Shown here one piece after another: positions 10,579-20,500 of a stretch of DNA of 64,000 nt (position 1 is the stretch's first letter; every line of letters starts with the position of its first letter). Position numbers and translations under genes: made by a program. This stretch comes from Planctomycetota bacterium. GTDB taxonomy: Bacteria > Planctomycetota > SZUA-567 > H5-PLA8. Below the pieces are notes generated by a model. The model made no database searches and was not told the DNA's origin. It saw nothing but the letters and a program-made list of their open reading frames with translations. The stretch spans positions 14,226-78,225 of the forward strand of contig JAHCJK010000003.1 of assembly GCA_026184295.1 (NCBI GenBank), given 5' to 3'.

Positions 10579-10966
10579 GCCCCGCAAAGCGGGGCTTTGT
10601 TCGAGCGAAGCGAGCATAACCCCCGGCTTCAGCCGGGGGCGTGAGCGCGCGTATGCGGGCGCTACCCCCGTTCACGGGGGTTCCCAATTTGGCAGGAGGC
10701 TTCAGCCATGGCACGGAATTATTACGCAGAACTTTTCTACCATATTGTATGGCGCACAAAACGCAGCGAGGCGCGCATAGTCCCGGAAATAGAAGCGCGC
10801 GTGCACGCGGCCATTGATGGAGCGCATCGAACCGTCGGCCTGAAGGCCCGGCGGGATTGTGGCAACCCCCGTAAACGGGGGTATTCCATTTGAAGTGCCG
10901 CTCACTCCCCCGGCTAAAGCCGGGGGCTATACTCGCTTCGCTCGAAAAAAGCCCCGCTTCGCGGGG
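10579..10966. mobile_element. REP/RAYT remnant: a truncated IS200-like tyrosine transposase ORF flanked by three nested REP-like hairpins in mirror symmetry
   Basis: Upstream hairpins are gccccgcaaagcggggc (10579-10595), cccccggcttcagccggggg (10620-10639) and cccccgttcacggggg (10665-10680). They are mirrored downstream by cccccgtaaacggggg (10865-10880), cccccggctaaagccggggg (10906-10925) and gccccgcttcgcggggc (10950-10966). The flanking sequences ttcgagcgaagcgag and ctcgcttcgctcgaa are also reverse complements. Confidence 0.7.
10708..10893 (+). pseudogene. truncated REP-associated tyrosine transposase (IS200/IS605 TnpA-like, Y1 HUH family) fragment
   Basis: The N-terminus MARNYYAELFYHIVWRTKRSEARI matches the conserved start of IS200-like transposases (YHxVWxTK). 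The ORF ends after 61 aa, well short of the HUH motif and catalytic Tyr, and runs into a REP hairpin. Confidence 0.6.
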
Positions 10967-11053
10967 CTCAACCATTCGACCGATGACAATGTCCGAGGAG
11001 TTCCTACCTGTGGCGTGAACGCTTACCGTTCCGACATCTGCGGGCTCGGATTA

Positions 11054-13198
11054 TCAGTTGTACTCCATCGTATAACCTTCCGGCGAGTTCATGTACCACT
11101 TCACCCCGGTCCAGAGGATCACGGCAAGGGCCTCGCCCACGATCAGCCCGACGAAGTAGCGTTTCCACGAGAGGTACGTGCGCTGGCCGCCGTACTTCAG
11201 GATCAGGAACTTGAAGAGCCAGCCGAGGAAATACGAGAACCACATGCGGTGGAGCGGCCAGGTGCCCATCCACATCACGTAGCCGATCGGGTGCGGCCAC
11301 CAGAAAAGGCGCGTGCGCAGGAACAGGAAGACGCCCATCGCCAGCGCGCCCACGATCAGCCAGCCGAGGCGAATGCCGTCGGTGCGCGCGACGGTGGGGA
11401 TTTCCGGCTCGGGAATCTCCTTGCCTTCCAGGGCGAACTTCTTCTGCTTCTCCTCCCACGCGTTGATCTGCGCCATCTTGTTCGCGAGGTTCTTGAATTC
11501 GCCCTGCGCGTGCGCGTCGTACGCCCAGCCGAAGGGCTTCGCGCCGCCCGGCGCGTTGTAGCAGGTCGAGTAGTACGACCAGAACGAGATGCCGAAGGTC
11601 AGCACCAGCGCGGCGGCCAGTCCTAAAAAAAGCGGGCGCTGGCGCATGCGCGTCAGCGATCCGAGATGCAGCGCGCCGACGACGTTGATCATGGGATTGC
11701 TGCGGTACCAGTCGAACGCGAAGACGCGGCTCCACATGCTCAGCAGCAGGAAGTTCTGCGCGCCCATGCCCACGGGCGTAAAGACCGAGGCGAGCTGTTC
11801 CGCGGGGTTCCCGTACATCTGCAGCCAGAAGACGCCGCCTTCGCAGACCAGCCGGGTCACGCCCGTCACCGAGCAGAGCAGGATGCAGACGGCGATCACC
11901 GACCACCCGAGGCTCACGCCCGCCCACATCAGCCAGGCCACCGACCCGATCATGCAGGAGACGAGCATCAGCCAGATCACGCGCGGCGAGACGTGCGCTT
12001 CGTCGTCGAAGGGTTCCAGGCCCAGCGCCTGGCGGAGGGACTGCAGCATCCCCGCGCGCGCCATGAAAAAGCCCACGAACACCATCATGAAGCACGCGCC
12101 GACGCCCTGCGCCGTAAAGATGCTGGCCGCGCCCTCCGTCCCGCCGAAATACCAGGCGCTGGTCCCCAGCCCGAACCACGCGACCGCGATAATGACGCCG
12201 AGCTTGAAGACGACTTCGTAGAAGAACCAGAGGCTGAACGAGACCTCCAGCGAGACCAGGTACATGATCCCGATCACGCTGGGATAGATGATGAAATAAT
12301 TCGGATGCGTGTAGCGGAAGGGCGTCTCGGTCAGGTAGGTGCCGTCGATGTGGGTGATGCGCAGCGGTATCTGCGCGATGATGCCGGGGAAGAAATCCCC
12401 CATGCCGTTGTACAGATGCAGCAGCAGCGTGGTCATGATGCCCAGCCAGGCCACCGTATCGGCAAGAAACGGCTCCTGCCCGTCGGCTTCCGCGTGCGGC
12501 AGGCCGCTCATCATGATCTCGGGCACCTGCGCGAGCGGGAACGGAATCCGTTCGCGGCGGCTCCAGTGCTGCTGCAGGAGCGCGCCGAGCGCCAGGAACA
12601 TCCCCAGGACGAGCACCAGCGCCAGGCACCAGCGCAGGTAGGGCATCGCGAGCAGGCTCCACGGGGTATCCTGCCCCGGCGGCACGCCCGTAAAGAACCA
12701 CTGCACCGGCCGCGGGTCCAGGGAGTTCGGGTCGATGGGGTCGCGCGGGGCCAGGCCTTCGGGGATCAGCGGGTGGAGCAGCGTGGCCCAGTTGTTCTCC
12801 GGCGTGGCGTAAAAGAACCCGCCCATCTGCTCGACGCTCATGTAGACCATGAAGCCGTACGTCGGGAGCGGGTTGATGAGCATGGTCATGGCGAAGATCA
12901 GCGCCAGGTCCTGCCGCGAAAGCGCCAGCCTTTTCCGGAACTGCGCCAGGCCCATGTTGAAGAGAAGAATGAAGCCGAAGAGGAAGAAAATGGAGGTCGG
13001 CGGCAGCAGGTTCATCGAATACTTCGTGCTGCGGATCACGAGATCGATGTAGGGGAGCAGCCAGGCGATCAGCGCCACGCAGACGAGGCCCATCACCCAG
13101 CCGCGCGCCGAAGGCGTGGAATCGTCCTGGCCCAGCACCGGACCCGAGACGGCACCGCTTTCCAGGCGCGGGCCGAGTCGGTATTCACGCTTGCTCAA
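11054..13198 (-). CDS. large polytopic membrane protein of uncharacterised family, paralog A (714 aa)
   Basis: It has about 14 or more TM helices. It shares the motifs PFPLAQ, IYPSVIG, LSLE(V/I)SFSLWF, WFPHPIGYVMWMG and LKYGG with the 43210-45330 protein. Confidence 0.8.
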   Translation of the reverse strand: MSKREYRLGPRLESGAVSGPVLGQDDSTPSARGWVMGLVCVALIAWLLPYIDLVIRSTKYSMNLLPPTSIFFLFGFILLFNMGLAQFRKRLALSRQDLALIFAMTMLINPLPTYGFMVYMSVEQMGGFFYATPENNWATLLHPLIPEGLAPRDPIDPNSLDPRPVQWFFTGVPPGQDTPWSLLAMPYLRWCLALVLVLGMFLALGALLQQHWSRRERIPFPLAQVPEIMMSGLPHAEADGQEPFLADTVAWLGIMTTLLLHLYNGMGDFFPGIIAQIPLRITHIDGTYLTETPFRYTHPNYFIIYPSVIGIMYLVSLEVSFSLWFFYEVVFKLGVIIAVAWFGLGTSAWYFGGTEGAASIFTAQGVGACFMMVFVGFFMARAGMLQSLRQALGLEPFDDEAHVSPRVIWLMLVSCMIGSVAWLMWAGVSLGWSVIAVCILLCSVTGVTRLVCEGGVFWLQMYGNPAEQLASVFTPVGMGAQNFLLLSMWSRVFAFDWYRSNPMINVVGALHLGSLTRMRQRPLFLGLAAALVLTFGISFWSYYSTCYNAPGGAKPFGWAYDAHAQGEFKNLANKMAQINAWEEKQKKFALEGKEIPEPEIPTVARTDGIRLGWLIVGALAMGVFLFLRTRLFWWPHPIGYVMWMGTWPLHRMWFSYFLGWLFKFLILKYGGQRTYLSWKRYFVGLIVGEALAVILWTGVKWYMNSPEGYTMEYN

Positions 13199-13413
13199 AT
13201 ACTTCCCTCGCGAACGCCGCGCCTGCGAAACACGCAGGGTACCGACCGGATTGAGGTTAAGGCTGCAATGTAGTATTCGTACACCGCTCGCGTCAAACTA
13301 CATTGCAAAATAGCAAGAAGCCCGGGCCTCTGAATATTTTCCGAAGAAAAAATGGAAATACCGCCCAGCCCCTTCTACCTTCACCTAGGTTGAACGTCGC
13401 CACGGAGACCGAC

Positions 13414-15027
13414 ATGCGAAAGGCCCTTTTCGCCGCCCTGCTGTGCCTCGCCGCGGCGCGCGCGCACGCGGATACGATCACGCTCAAGGACGGGACGGTG
13501 GTGGAAGGCGCCATCGTGGAGGAGAACGACGTCTCGATCGTGGTAAAGCTGAAGTTCGGGAAGGTCACTTACAAGCGCGACGAGATCAAGGAAATCGTCC
13601 GGGCGGCGGCGGTCTCCAACCCCGGCGACCTGCGCGACGTGATCAAACTGAGGAACGGCGAGACCCAGCATGGCCTGATCGTCAGCGAGAACGAAAAGGA
13701 AGTGACCGTGGACCTGGTGATGAGCGGCAAGACGGTCACCAAGACGATGTTCGCGCGCATGACGTACCGGCGCGGCGAGATCGACGAGATCAAGGCCATC
13801 ACGCCCGAGCAGCGCGCGGCGGTGCGCGCGTATTTCGAACGCACCGAATCCCAGGCCAAGGAAGACACGCTCAACGAGCAGATGATCCAGATTCAGCCGC
13901 ACCAATGGCCCAGCAAGGACCCGGAAAAGAAGATTCCCTGCAAGAAGGTCGAACTCGAAAACTTCACCATCGAGTCCAACACGAGCGATGAATTCCTGCG
14001 CAAGGTCGCCTTCCGCCTCGGCAAGGTCTTCGGGGCGTACCGGCAGCACTTCGGCATCGAGCGCAACCAGGACGTGAAGGTGCGCGTGGTCATCTTCAAT
14101 TCGATGGCCGAATACCAGGCGGCGATCGGCGGGCAGATCATGAATCCCGCCTTCTACGCGCCGGATTTGAAGCTGATCTCCGCCGGCTGCGACGTGGCGC
14201 AGTACGAGGACATGATCAAGGAAATCCGCGCCCACTACGCGCGCCTCGACCGGGAACTGGAGGAGTGGAAGAAAAAGATCGACGCCGCCCGCGCGGACAT
14301 CCAGGGCCAGGTGAGCCGCTACTACGAGGCCGCCAACCGCGGCGGCAAGGGCATCACGCCGCAGGACAAGGCGCTGCTCGACGCCATCCAGGGCGAAAAG
14401 ACGCGCCTGCAGCTCTACCTCGGGCAGCTCGAAAAGCACGCCAACGAAGTCCAGGACCAGATTTTCGCTTTGAACCGGCGCAACGACATCGTCTTCCAGC
14501 AGGCCACCGGGGCCATGTTCGCCACGCTGTACCACGAAGGCTTTCACGCCTTCCTCGACAACTACCTCTTCCCCGACGATCTGCGCAAGAGCGTCCCGCT
14601 GTGGCTGAACGAGGGCCTCGCCCAGTACTTCGAGGCCGCGCGCATCGAGAACAACCGCTTCATCCTCGGCCAGGAAGACCGCGCCAAGATGGCGATGCTC
14701 CGCACCTGGAACAAGGCCAACGAACTGGTGCCGCTGGCCAGCCTGGCCGTGGCGGAATCGAAGGAGTTCCTCGTCAAGGACCTCTCGAACGTCGAGAATT
14801 CCACCAAGCATTACCTGCAGGCCTGGGCGCTGACGCACTTGCTCGGCGAGGCCGGCCGGCTGAACATGCCCACGCTGCGCGGCTACGTGCAGGCGCTGAA
14901 GGACGGCAAGCCGCCGCTGCATGCCCTGCCGCTGCTGACCGGCATGAGCAACGAACAGTTGCAGACCAAGTGGGAAGAGAAACTGAAGTACGCCCACGAG
15001 CGGAACGCCCCGCCCGCCGCGCCTTGA
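13414..15027 (+). CDS. secreted DUF1570-like putative zinc metallopeptidase (HExxH)
   Basis: The start is taken at the ATG of the signal peptide MRKALFAALLCLAAARAHA. The product has repeated beta-strand-like N-terminal modules, the motif YHEGFHAF (HExxH) and a downstream WLNEGLAQYFE, which together resemble the DUF1570 / MA-clan-like family. Confidence 0.7.
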   Translation: MRKALFAALLCLAAARAHADTITLKDGTVVEGAIVEENDVSIVVKLKFGKVTYKRDEIKEIVRAAAVSNPGDLRDVIKLRNGETQHGLIVSENEKEVTVDLVMSGKTVTKTMFARMTYRRGEIDEIKAITPEQRAAVRAYFERTESQAKEDTLNEQMIQIQPHQWPSKDPEKKIPCKKVELENFTIESNTSDEFLRKVAFRLGKVFGAYRQHFGIERNQDVKVRVVIFNSMAEYQAAIGGQIMNPAFYAPDLKLISAGCDVAQYEDMIKEIRAHYARLDRELEEWKKKIDAARADIQGQVSRYYEAANRGGKGITPQDKALLDAIQGEKTRLQLYLGQLEKHANEVQDQIFALNRRNDIVFQQATGAMFATLYHEGFHAFLDNYLFPDDLRKSVPLWLNEGLAQYFEAARIENNRFILGQEDRAKMAMLRTWNKANELVPLASLAVAESKEFLVKDLSNVENSTKHYLQAWALTHLLGEAGRLNMPTLRGYVQALKDGKPPLHALPLLTGMSNEQLQTKWEEKLKYAHERNAPPAAP

Positions 15028-15034
15028 CCGGCCT

Positions 15035-15601
15035 CTATTTCTCGCCGTCCTTGGCCGGACCTTTTTCGCTCTTTTCGGCAGACTTGGCTTCCGCGGCGGC
15101 TTTACGCCACGGCTTCGCGCGGACGTACGCGCCGGCGGCTTCCCAGGTGAAGGCCTGGAAGAGGTGCTGCAGCGAAGCGTGGTGGTCGCGCACGAAATCG
15201 GTCACCACCGCGGGGAGGGGTTGCTTGAACTCGTGATAGAAGGAGAGAAAGACCGCACCCTCTTTCAGGCGGTCCGGCTTGCCGGAAGCCGCCGCGAGCG
15301 CCACGCCGACGAGCCGGTCGTTCAGGTAGCGCGCCATGTCGTCGTGGCTCTCTTCGCGCCAGGCCTCGAACTTTTCCTTCAGCTTCTTCGCGCGCGCCTG
15401 GTAGTCGGCTTCGGAAAGGAAGGTGCGCACCGCCTCGCGGGCGACGCGCGCGGCATCGTTGGGATCGTTCTGGACGGTCTTGAGTTCGAAGGCGGCGGGC
15501 TTCTCGGTTTCGGCGGGCGCCTCGGCGCACGCGGCCGACGTGGCGGCCAGCAGGCAGGCGGCCGGCCACGCGAGCACGCGGGTGCGGATCGGGCGTCGCA
15601 T
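15035..15601 (-). CDS. secreted hypothetical protein (188 aa)
   Basis: The start is taken at ATG MRRPIRTRVLAWPAACLLAATSAACA, which is a signal peptide. The rest is mostly helical with charged residues. Confidence 0.55.
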   Translation of the reverse strand: MRRPIRTRVLAWPAACLLAATSAACAEAPAETEKPAAFELKTVQNDPNDAARVAREAVRTFLSEADYQARAKKLKEKFEAWREESHDDMARYLNDRLVGVALAAASGKPDRLKEGAVFLSFYHEFKQPLPAVVTDFVRDHHASLQHLFQAFTWEAAGAYVRAKPWRKAAAEAKSAEKSEKGPAKDGEK

Positions 15602-15716
15602 GCCTTCACTATCCCCCATTTCGCGCCGGTTCGCAACGGGTCAGACTTCCTGGACGCCGCGCGCGCCCGAAGGTACACCTGCTTACGCATGAATCATCGG
15701 GAGCGCGCGAACCGGC

Positions 15717-17255
15717 ATGGCTGAAGCAGGAAAGGGCGTGGTGTACCTGGCGGGCGCGGGCCCGGGCGATCCCGGCCTGCTGACCGTCCGCTGCCGCGAC
15801 CTGCTCGCTTCGTGCGAGGTGCTCGTCTACGACGCGCTGGTCTCGCCCGAGATCATGGCGCTGGCCAACCCCGCGGCCGAGAAAATCTACGTCGGCAAGC
15901 GCGGCAACCGCCACGAAGTCGAACAACCCGACATCAACGCAATTCTGGAAACCCACGCGCGCGCCGGCCGCAAGGTCCTGCGCCTGAAGGGCGGCGACCC
16001 GTACCTTTTTGGGCGCGGCGCGGAGGAGGCTCAGCATCTGCTCGCGCGCGGCGTGAAGGTGGACGTGATCCCCGGCGTGACCGCGGGCATCGCCGCGCCG
16101 GCCTACGCCGGGATTCCCGTGACGCACCGCGAATTTTCGAGCGCCGTCGCGTTCGTGACCGGGCACGAGGACCCGACCAAGCCCGAGAGCGCGCTCGACT
16201 GGGCCGCGCTGGCGAAGGTCGGGACGCTCTGCTTTTACATGGGCGTGAAGAACCTCGGGCGCATCGCCTCCGAGCTTTCCAAATACATGCCCGCGACGAC
16301 GCCCGCGGCGGTGATCCAGTGGGGCACCACGCCGCGCCAGCGCACCGTCGGCGGCACGCTGGCCGACATCGAAGCCAAAGTCCGCGCCGCCGGCCTGGAA
16401 GCCCCCGCGCTGACCGTGGTGGGCAAGGTCTGCGCGCTGCGCGAGGAACTCGCCTTCTTCGAACAGCGCCCGCTCTTCGGCCGGCGCATCGTCGTCACGC
16501 GCGCGCGCGAACAGGCCAGCGACCTGGCGCAGACCCTGGCGGACCTCGGCGCGGAAGTGCTCACGCTGCCGGTGATCAAGATCGCGCCGCCCGACGATCC
16601 CCGAGCGCTCGCCGCGGCCGCGAAGCAGCTCGACAAGTTCGACTGGGTGGTGCTGACGAGCGTCAACGGCGTGGACGCGCTCTTCGACGAACTGGCCCGC
16701 CAGGGCCGCGACGCGCGCGCCTTCGGCCCGTGCAAGGCGGCCAGCGTCGGACCCGCGACGACCGCGCGCCTGGCCGAGAAGGGCATCCGCGCCGACCTGC
16801 AGCCGCCGAAGTACGTCGCCGAAGAGATCGTCGCGAGCCTGGATGCGCGGGGCGCGCTGGCCCCCGGCGCCAAGGCCCCGCGGATGCTGCTCCCGCGCGC
16901 GGACATCGCCCGCAGCACGCTGCCCGAACAGTTGCGCGAGCGCGGCTGCGACGTGACGGAAGTGATCGCGTACCGGACCGTCCTCGAGACCGCGGGCAAG
17001 GAATACGTGCTGGATGAACTCGCCGCCGGGCGCGTGGATGCCGTGACCTTTACCAGCGCCTCGACGGTGCGGAACTTCGCGCAGGTGCTCGGCCCCGAGC
17101 GCCTGAAGGCCGCGTTGGCCTCCGCGCGCCTGAAGTGCCTCTCCATCGGGCCCGTCACCAGCGCGGCGATGAACGAAGCCGGCATACCGCTGGGCGGGGA
17201 AGCTGCCGAGCACGACATTCCGGGCTTGGTGCGGCTGATCCAGTCGCTCGTGTAG
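15717..17255 (+). CDS. cobA: bifunctional uroporphyrinogen-III C-methyltransferase / uroporphyrinogen-III synthase (CobA/HemD fusion)
   Basis: The N-terminal SUMT domain carries VYLAGAGPGDPGLLT and GKRG motifs. The C-terminal HemD-like domain contains 'VVTRAREQASDLA'. Confidence 0.9.
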   Translation: MAEAGKGVVYLAGAGPGDPGLLTVRCRDLLASCEVLVYDALVSPEIMALANPAAEKIYVGKRGNRHEVEQPDINAILETHARAGRKVLRLKGGDPYLFGRGAEEAQHLLARGVKVDVIPGVTAGIAAPAYAGIPVTHREFSSAVAFVTGHEDPTKPESALDWAALAKVGTLCFYMGVKNLGRIASELSKYMPATTPAAVIQWGTTPRQRTVGGTLADIEAKVRAAGLEAPALTVVGKVCALREELAFFEQRPLFGRRIVVTRAREQASDLAQTLADLGAEVLTLPVIKIAPPDDPRALAAAAKQLDKFDWVVLTSVNGVDALFDELARQGRDARAFGPCKAASVGPATTARLAEKGIRADLQPPKYVAEEIVASLDARGALAPGAKAPRMLLPRADIARSTLPEQLRERGCDVTEVIAYRTVLETAGKEYVLDELAAGRVDAVTFTSASTVRNFAQVLGPERLKAALASARLKCLSIGPVTSAAMNEAGIPLGGEAAEHDIPGLVRLIQSLV

Positions 17256-17327
17256 GGTCATTCACCGAAACTTGCAGGAAGCAGCCTCGCTGGGGTGGCC
17301 AAGGTCGCCTGGACGGGCACAGGTGGC

Positions 17328-17488
17328 CGGGTGGCCCGGACGTCACACGTCCGGGGCGCGAAGCGCATGGAAGCACCCCACTGCGCGTACGAAGTGTCCG
17401 ATGAGGATTGCTTGATTCGGGAAGCAGTCTGCGAAGTGGGAAGCTTCTGCCCGCTGCGCGGCCCGGACGTGTGACGTCCGGGCCACCC
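17328..17488. mobile_element. MITE-like element with 26-bp perfect terminal inverted repeats
   Basis: gggtggcccggacgtcacacgtccgg (17328-17353) and its exact reverse complement ccggacgtgtgacgtccgggccaccc (17463-17488) bracket the element. Each arm is itself an 8-bp-stem hairpin (ccggacgt-cac-acgtccgg). It lies in a convergent intergenic region. Confidence 0.55.
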
Positions 17489-17519
17489 TTTCGACGCCAC
17501 CATTCAGGCTCGCCTCGCG

Positions 17520-20500
17520 CTATTTCCTGTAGTGCTCCACCACGCGCTTGACGGTTCCTTCCACGTCGTTCGCGTCGAAGGCGACGCCGGCCTTCTGGCA
17601 GAGCGTGCTCAGCACGTCGCCGCCCTGCATGCCGTAGAGCAGTTCGCGGGGTTCGACGCCGAGGTCGCGAATCTTGACCATCCATTCGCGGCCCTTGACC
17701 TTGTGGGTGTCGCTGAGCGTGAAGCGCAGCGCGTTCAGTCCGTAGGACTCGCCGATGTTCGCGTCGTCGATGAAGCGGTCGTACTGCGCCTGCGTCAGTT
17801 CGGGCTTGGATAGCGGCGGACGCCAGCCGTCGTGGAAGATGAGATCGCACGCGCCCGAAAGCCCCGCGGCGCCGGCGGCCTCGCTCTGCGGCTCGGCGGC
17901 CTCGTCGTGGAACTGGACGAGCAGCACACCGGTCTCCATGTTCGCGCGCACGGCCAGGCGCGAAAGGTCGGCCGCCGTGGCTTCGGCGCGGAGCACGCGC
18001 GCGGTGACGCCCCAGCGCTGCGCGCCGCCGCGGTCGGTCAGGTCGAACCAGGCGCAGGGGCCTTCGCCCTGATCGACGTACACCGGCGAGGTGTCCGCGC
18101 GGTTCGCGTGCCAGATGCGGTAGTGCAGCCCCGGCCCGGCCTGGATGCCGGCCTCGCGCCAGAGCGGCCAGTGCGGCAGCTTCTCGCGCCCTTCCATGGC
18201 CGAGAGCCAGCTCGGGATCTTCTCGTCGTTCTGGTCCAGGCGGCAGCGTTCGAGGCGGAAGCGCCCCGGCGCGGTGCTCATGACCGCCGTCCCCTTCCCG
18301 CTCAGCTTGCACGGAATCTTCAGGCCCCAGCTCGCCACCCGGCCCGAACCCTGCGGCACCTGGCAGGCGGCTTCGACGCGCACGGAGGCGACGCCGTCGG
18401 CCTGCGCGGGCGCGAGCTTGAAGACGAGCGTCGCGGGTCCGGCCTTGGCCGTCGCGATCACGCCGCCGTGGGCCCCGGCGCCGATGCCGGTGACTTCGGC
18501 GCGCAGTGTCTCGAGCTTGCCGTTGTCCAGCATCACGTAGCCTTCGATGGGCGCGGCGAGCGGGTGCGCGCCGCCGACCTCCATGTCGTCGGCGAGCGCC
18601 TTCTGCGCCGGCCACGTCACGCCGCCGCCCGAAAGGTCGCCGGGTTTCTCGCCGGGCTTCAGCGCCAGGAGTTCCTTCGCGGCGGGCACGCGTTCGCCGG
18701 CCGCCTGCGCGCCGCCGGGCTTGTACCAGTCGGCGGGCGGCAGCGCGGGCGCCGGAGGCGAGCCCGCGGCGGCTTTGGGCCATTCCAGGTTGCCGGGGCC
18801 GACGAGGACGCCGAGGCCCGTGGGCACATCGCGGTACAGGTTGGCGGGGAATTCGGGCGTGCGGAAGCCCCCGTGCCCGGGCCAGTCCTTCGCGGGAAGT
18901 TCGGCCAGACCGCGGCCTTCGGAGGCGGCTTCCTTCTTGAGCATCTCCTCGAGCTTGGCCTTCAGCGCCTCGTCTTTCGAGAAACGCGCGCCCATCGCGA
19001 TCGCATAGGCAAAGGTCGTGGCGTTCTTGTCCTTCGCGCCCTGGCGGGCAAGTTCCACGACGCGGTCCTGGAAGGCCTTGTCGCCGGAGAGATCGGCGTA
19101 TTCGCCCGCGGCGTTGAAGAGCCCGAAGCTGGGGCCGTAGCCGAGGCCCTTGCCTTCCTTGGGCGGCACGAGGCCGCTCAGGTCGAGAATCTTGCGGCAG
19201 GCGTCGAGGTATTTCTTGTCGCCGGTGGTCTCGTACTTCCACAGGAGCGCGTTGGAGGCCGAGCCCTGGCCGTCGGAGCCGCCGCTGTTGCAGAGCCGCG
19301 AGCCTTCACCCGAGGCGTAGCGGAACGAGGCATCGGCGACGAGGTCCAGGCCGTCGGCCATCACGCCGTCGCCGGTAAGCAGGTGCTGGATGCGCTGGCC
19401 GACCGGATACGATCCGCGCATGCCGACGTACGGGCAGCCGAAGGGCTGGACGTTGTGGCGGTGCGAGGCGCCCGTGGCCGTCCACCAGCCCTTGCAGTTT
19501 TCGAGATGCTGGACGGTGTGGACCATGTTCGTGTCGTAGTTGATGCGCCCAAAGGCCTCGCCCGCGTCGAAGTAGCGGCGGTCGAGCGTGCGCAGGAACT
19601 GGAGCATCAGCACGTGGCCGAAGCGCCCCGCGCCGTCGTTGAGCGCCCAGCCCCAGCGGCCGTAATCGTTGTCCCAGCGGTCGTGGCGGTGCACTTCGCC
19701 GAAGCGCGACTGGAAGAACCCGTAGACCAGCTTGCCGTGCCAGCGGTACAGGTCCTGGCAATAAAGATAGTAGTCGGCGCGGCGGGTGATCTCGGCATCC
19801 AGCGCGGCGTAGGCGCCCGTCTCCTGCTTCGGCGCGATGGGACCCAGGGCCTCGGTCTTCGCGTACCAACCCGGCGGAGCGACCAGCAGCGCGCGCTCGG
19901 AAAGTTCCTTCACCGCCGCGGGGGCCGGGCCCGGCTGCGCGGCCGAACCGAAATGCATCGCGAAGTCGTGGCTCTTGGCCATGCCGCGCGCGGCGTACTT
20001 GGCGAAGCGCAGCAGGTCGTCCGGGTTGCGCAGGTCGCCGCTTTCGCCCACGGCCCATTCGCGCGCGTAGCGGCGCAGGTCCCACGCGCCCGCGGCCCGC
20101 GGCCAGAAATCGATCCAGGCCGAGCCGTTCTCCTGCGTGATCGCGCAGGGGCGGTGCTGCCAGCCCTGCCGAATCAGCGCGAAGCCCCCCTGCACGGGCG
20201 CCCAGCAGAGGCGCGACGGCTCGGGCGCGACCTTCATCGCGCCGGGCACGCCGCGCAGTTCCACGCCGGGCTCCAGCACCAGCGTGCCGCTCGTGCCGGC
20301 GCAGCCGGGCCATTCGATGCCCCAGCGCTGGATGAAATCGCAGTCGGGTTCGCCCGAAAAGATGATCTGGTGCTGCCCCGTCACGATCGCGGAACCGCGG
20401 TAAAAACTCAGGCGCATCGAGAACGGCATCCGCCCGGCGGGCTCGCGGTCCTTCACTTCCTTGGGCAGCGTCGCGCCGAAACTCGGCAGCAGGAGGAACC

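Noticed and set aside
11004-13273. ORFs 11004..12701 (-) and 11666..13273 (+) overlapping membrane-protein paralog A
   Set aside because: Only the 11054..13198 frame gives a coherent polytopic membrane protein. The others are RG/HD-rich.
13381-14997. 538-aa minus-strand ORF antisense to the DUF1570-like gene
   Set aside because: Antisense artefact; the plus-strand frame has a signal peptide and an HExxH motif.
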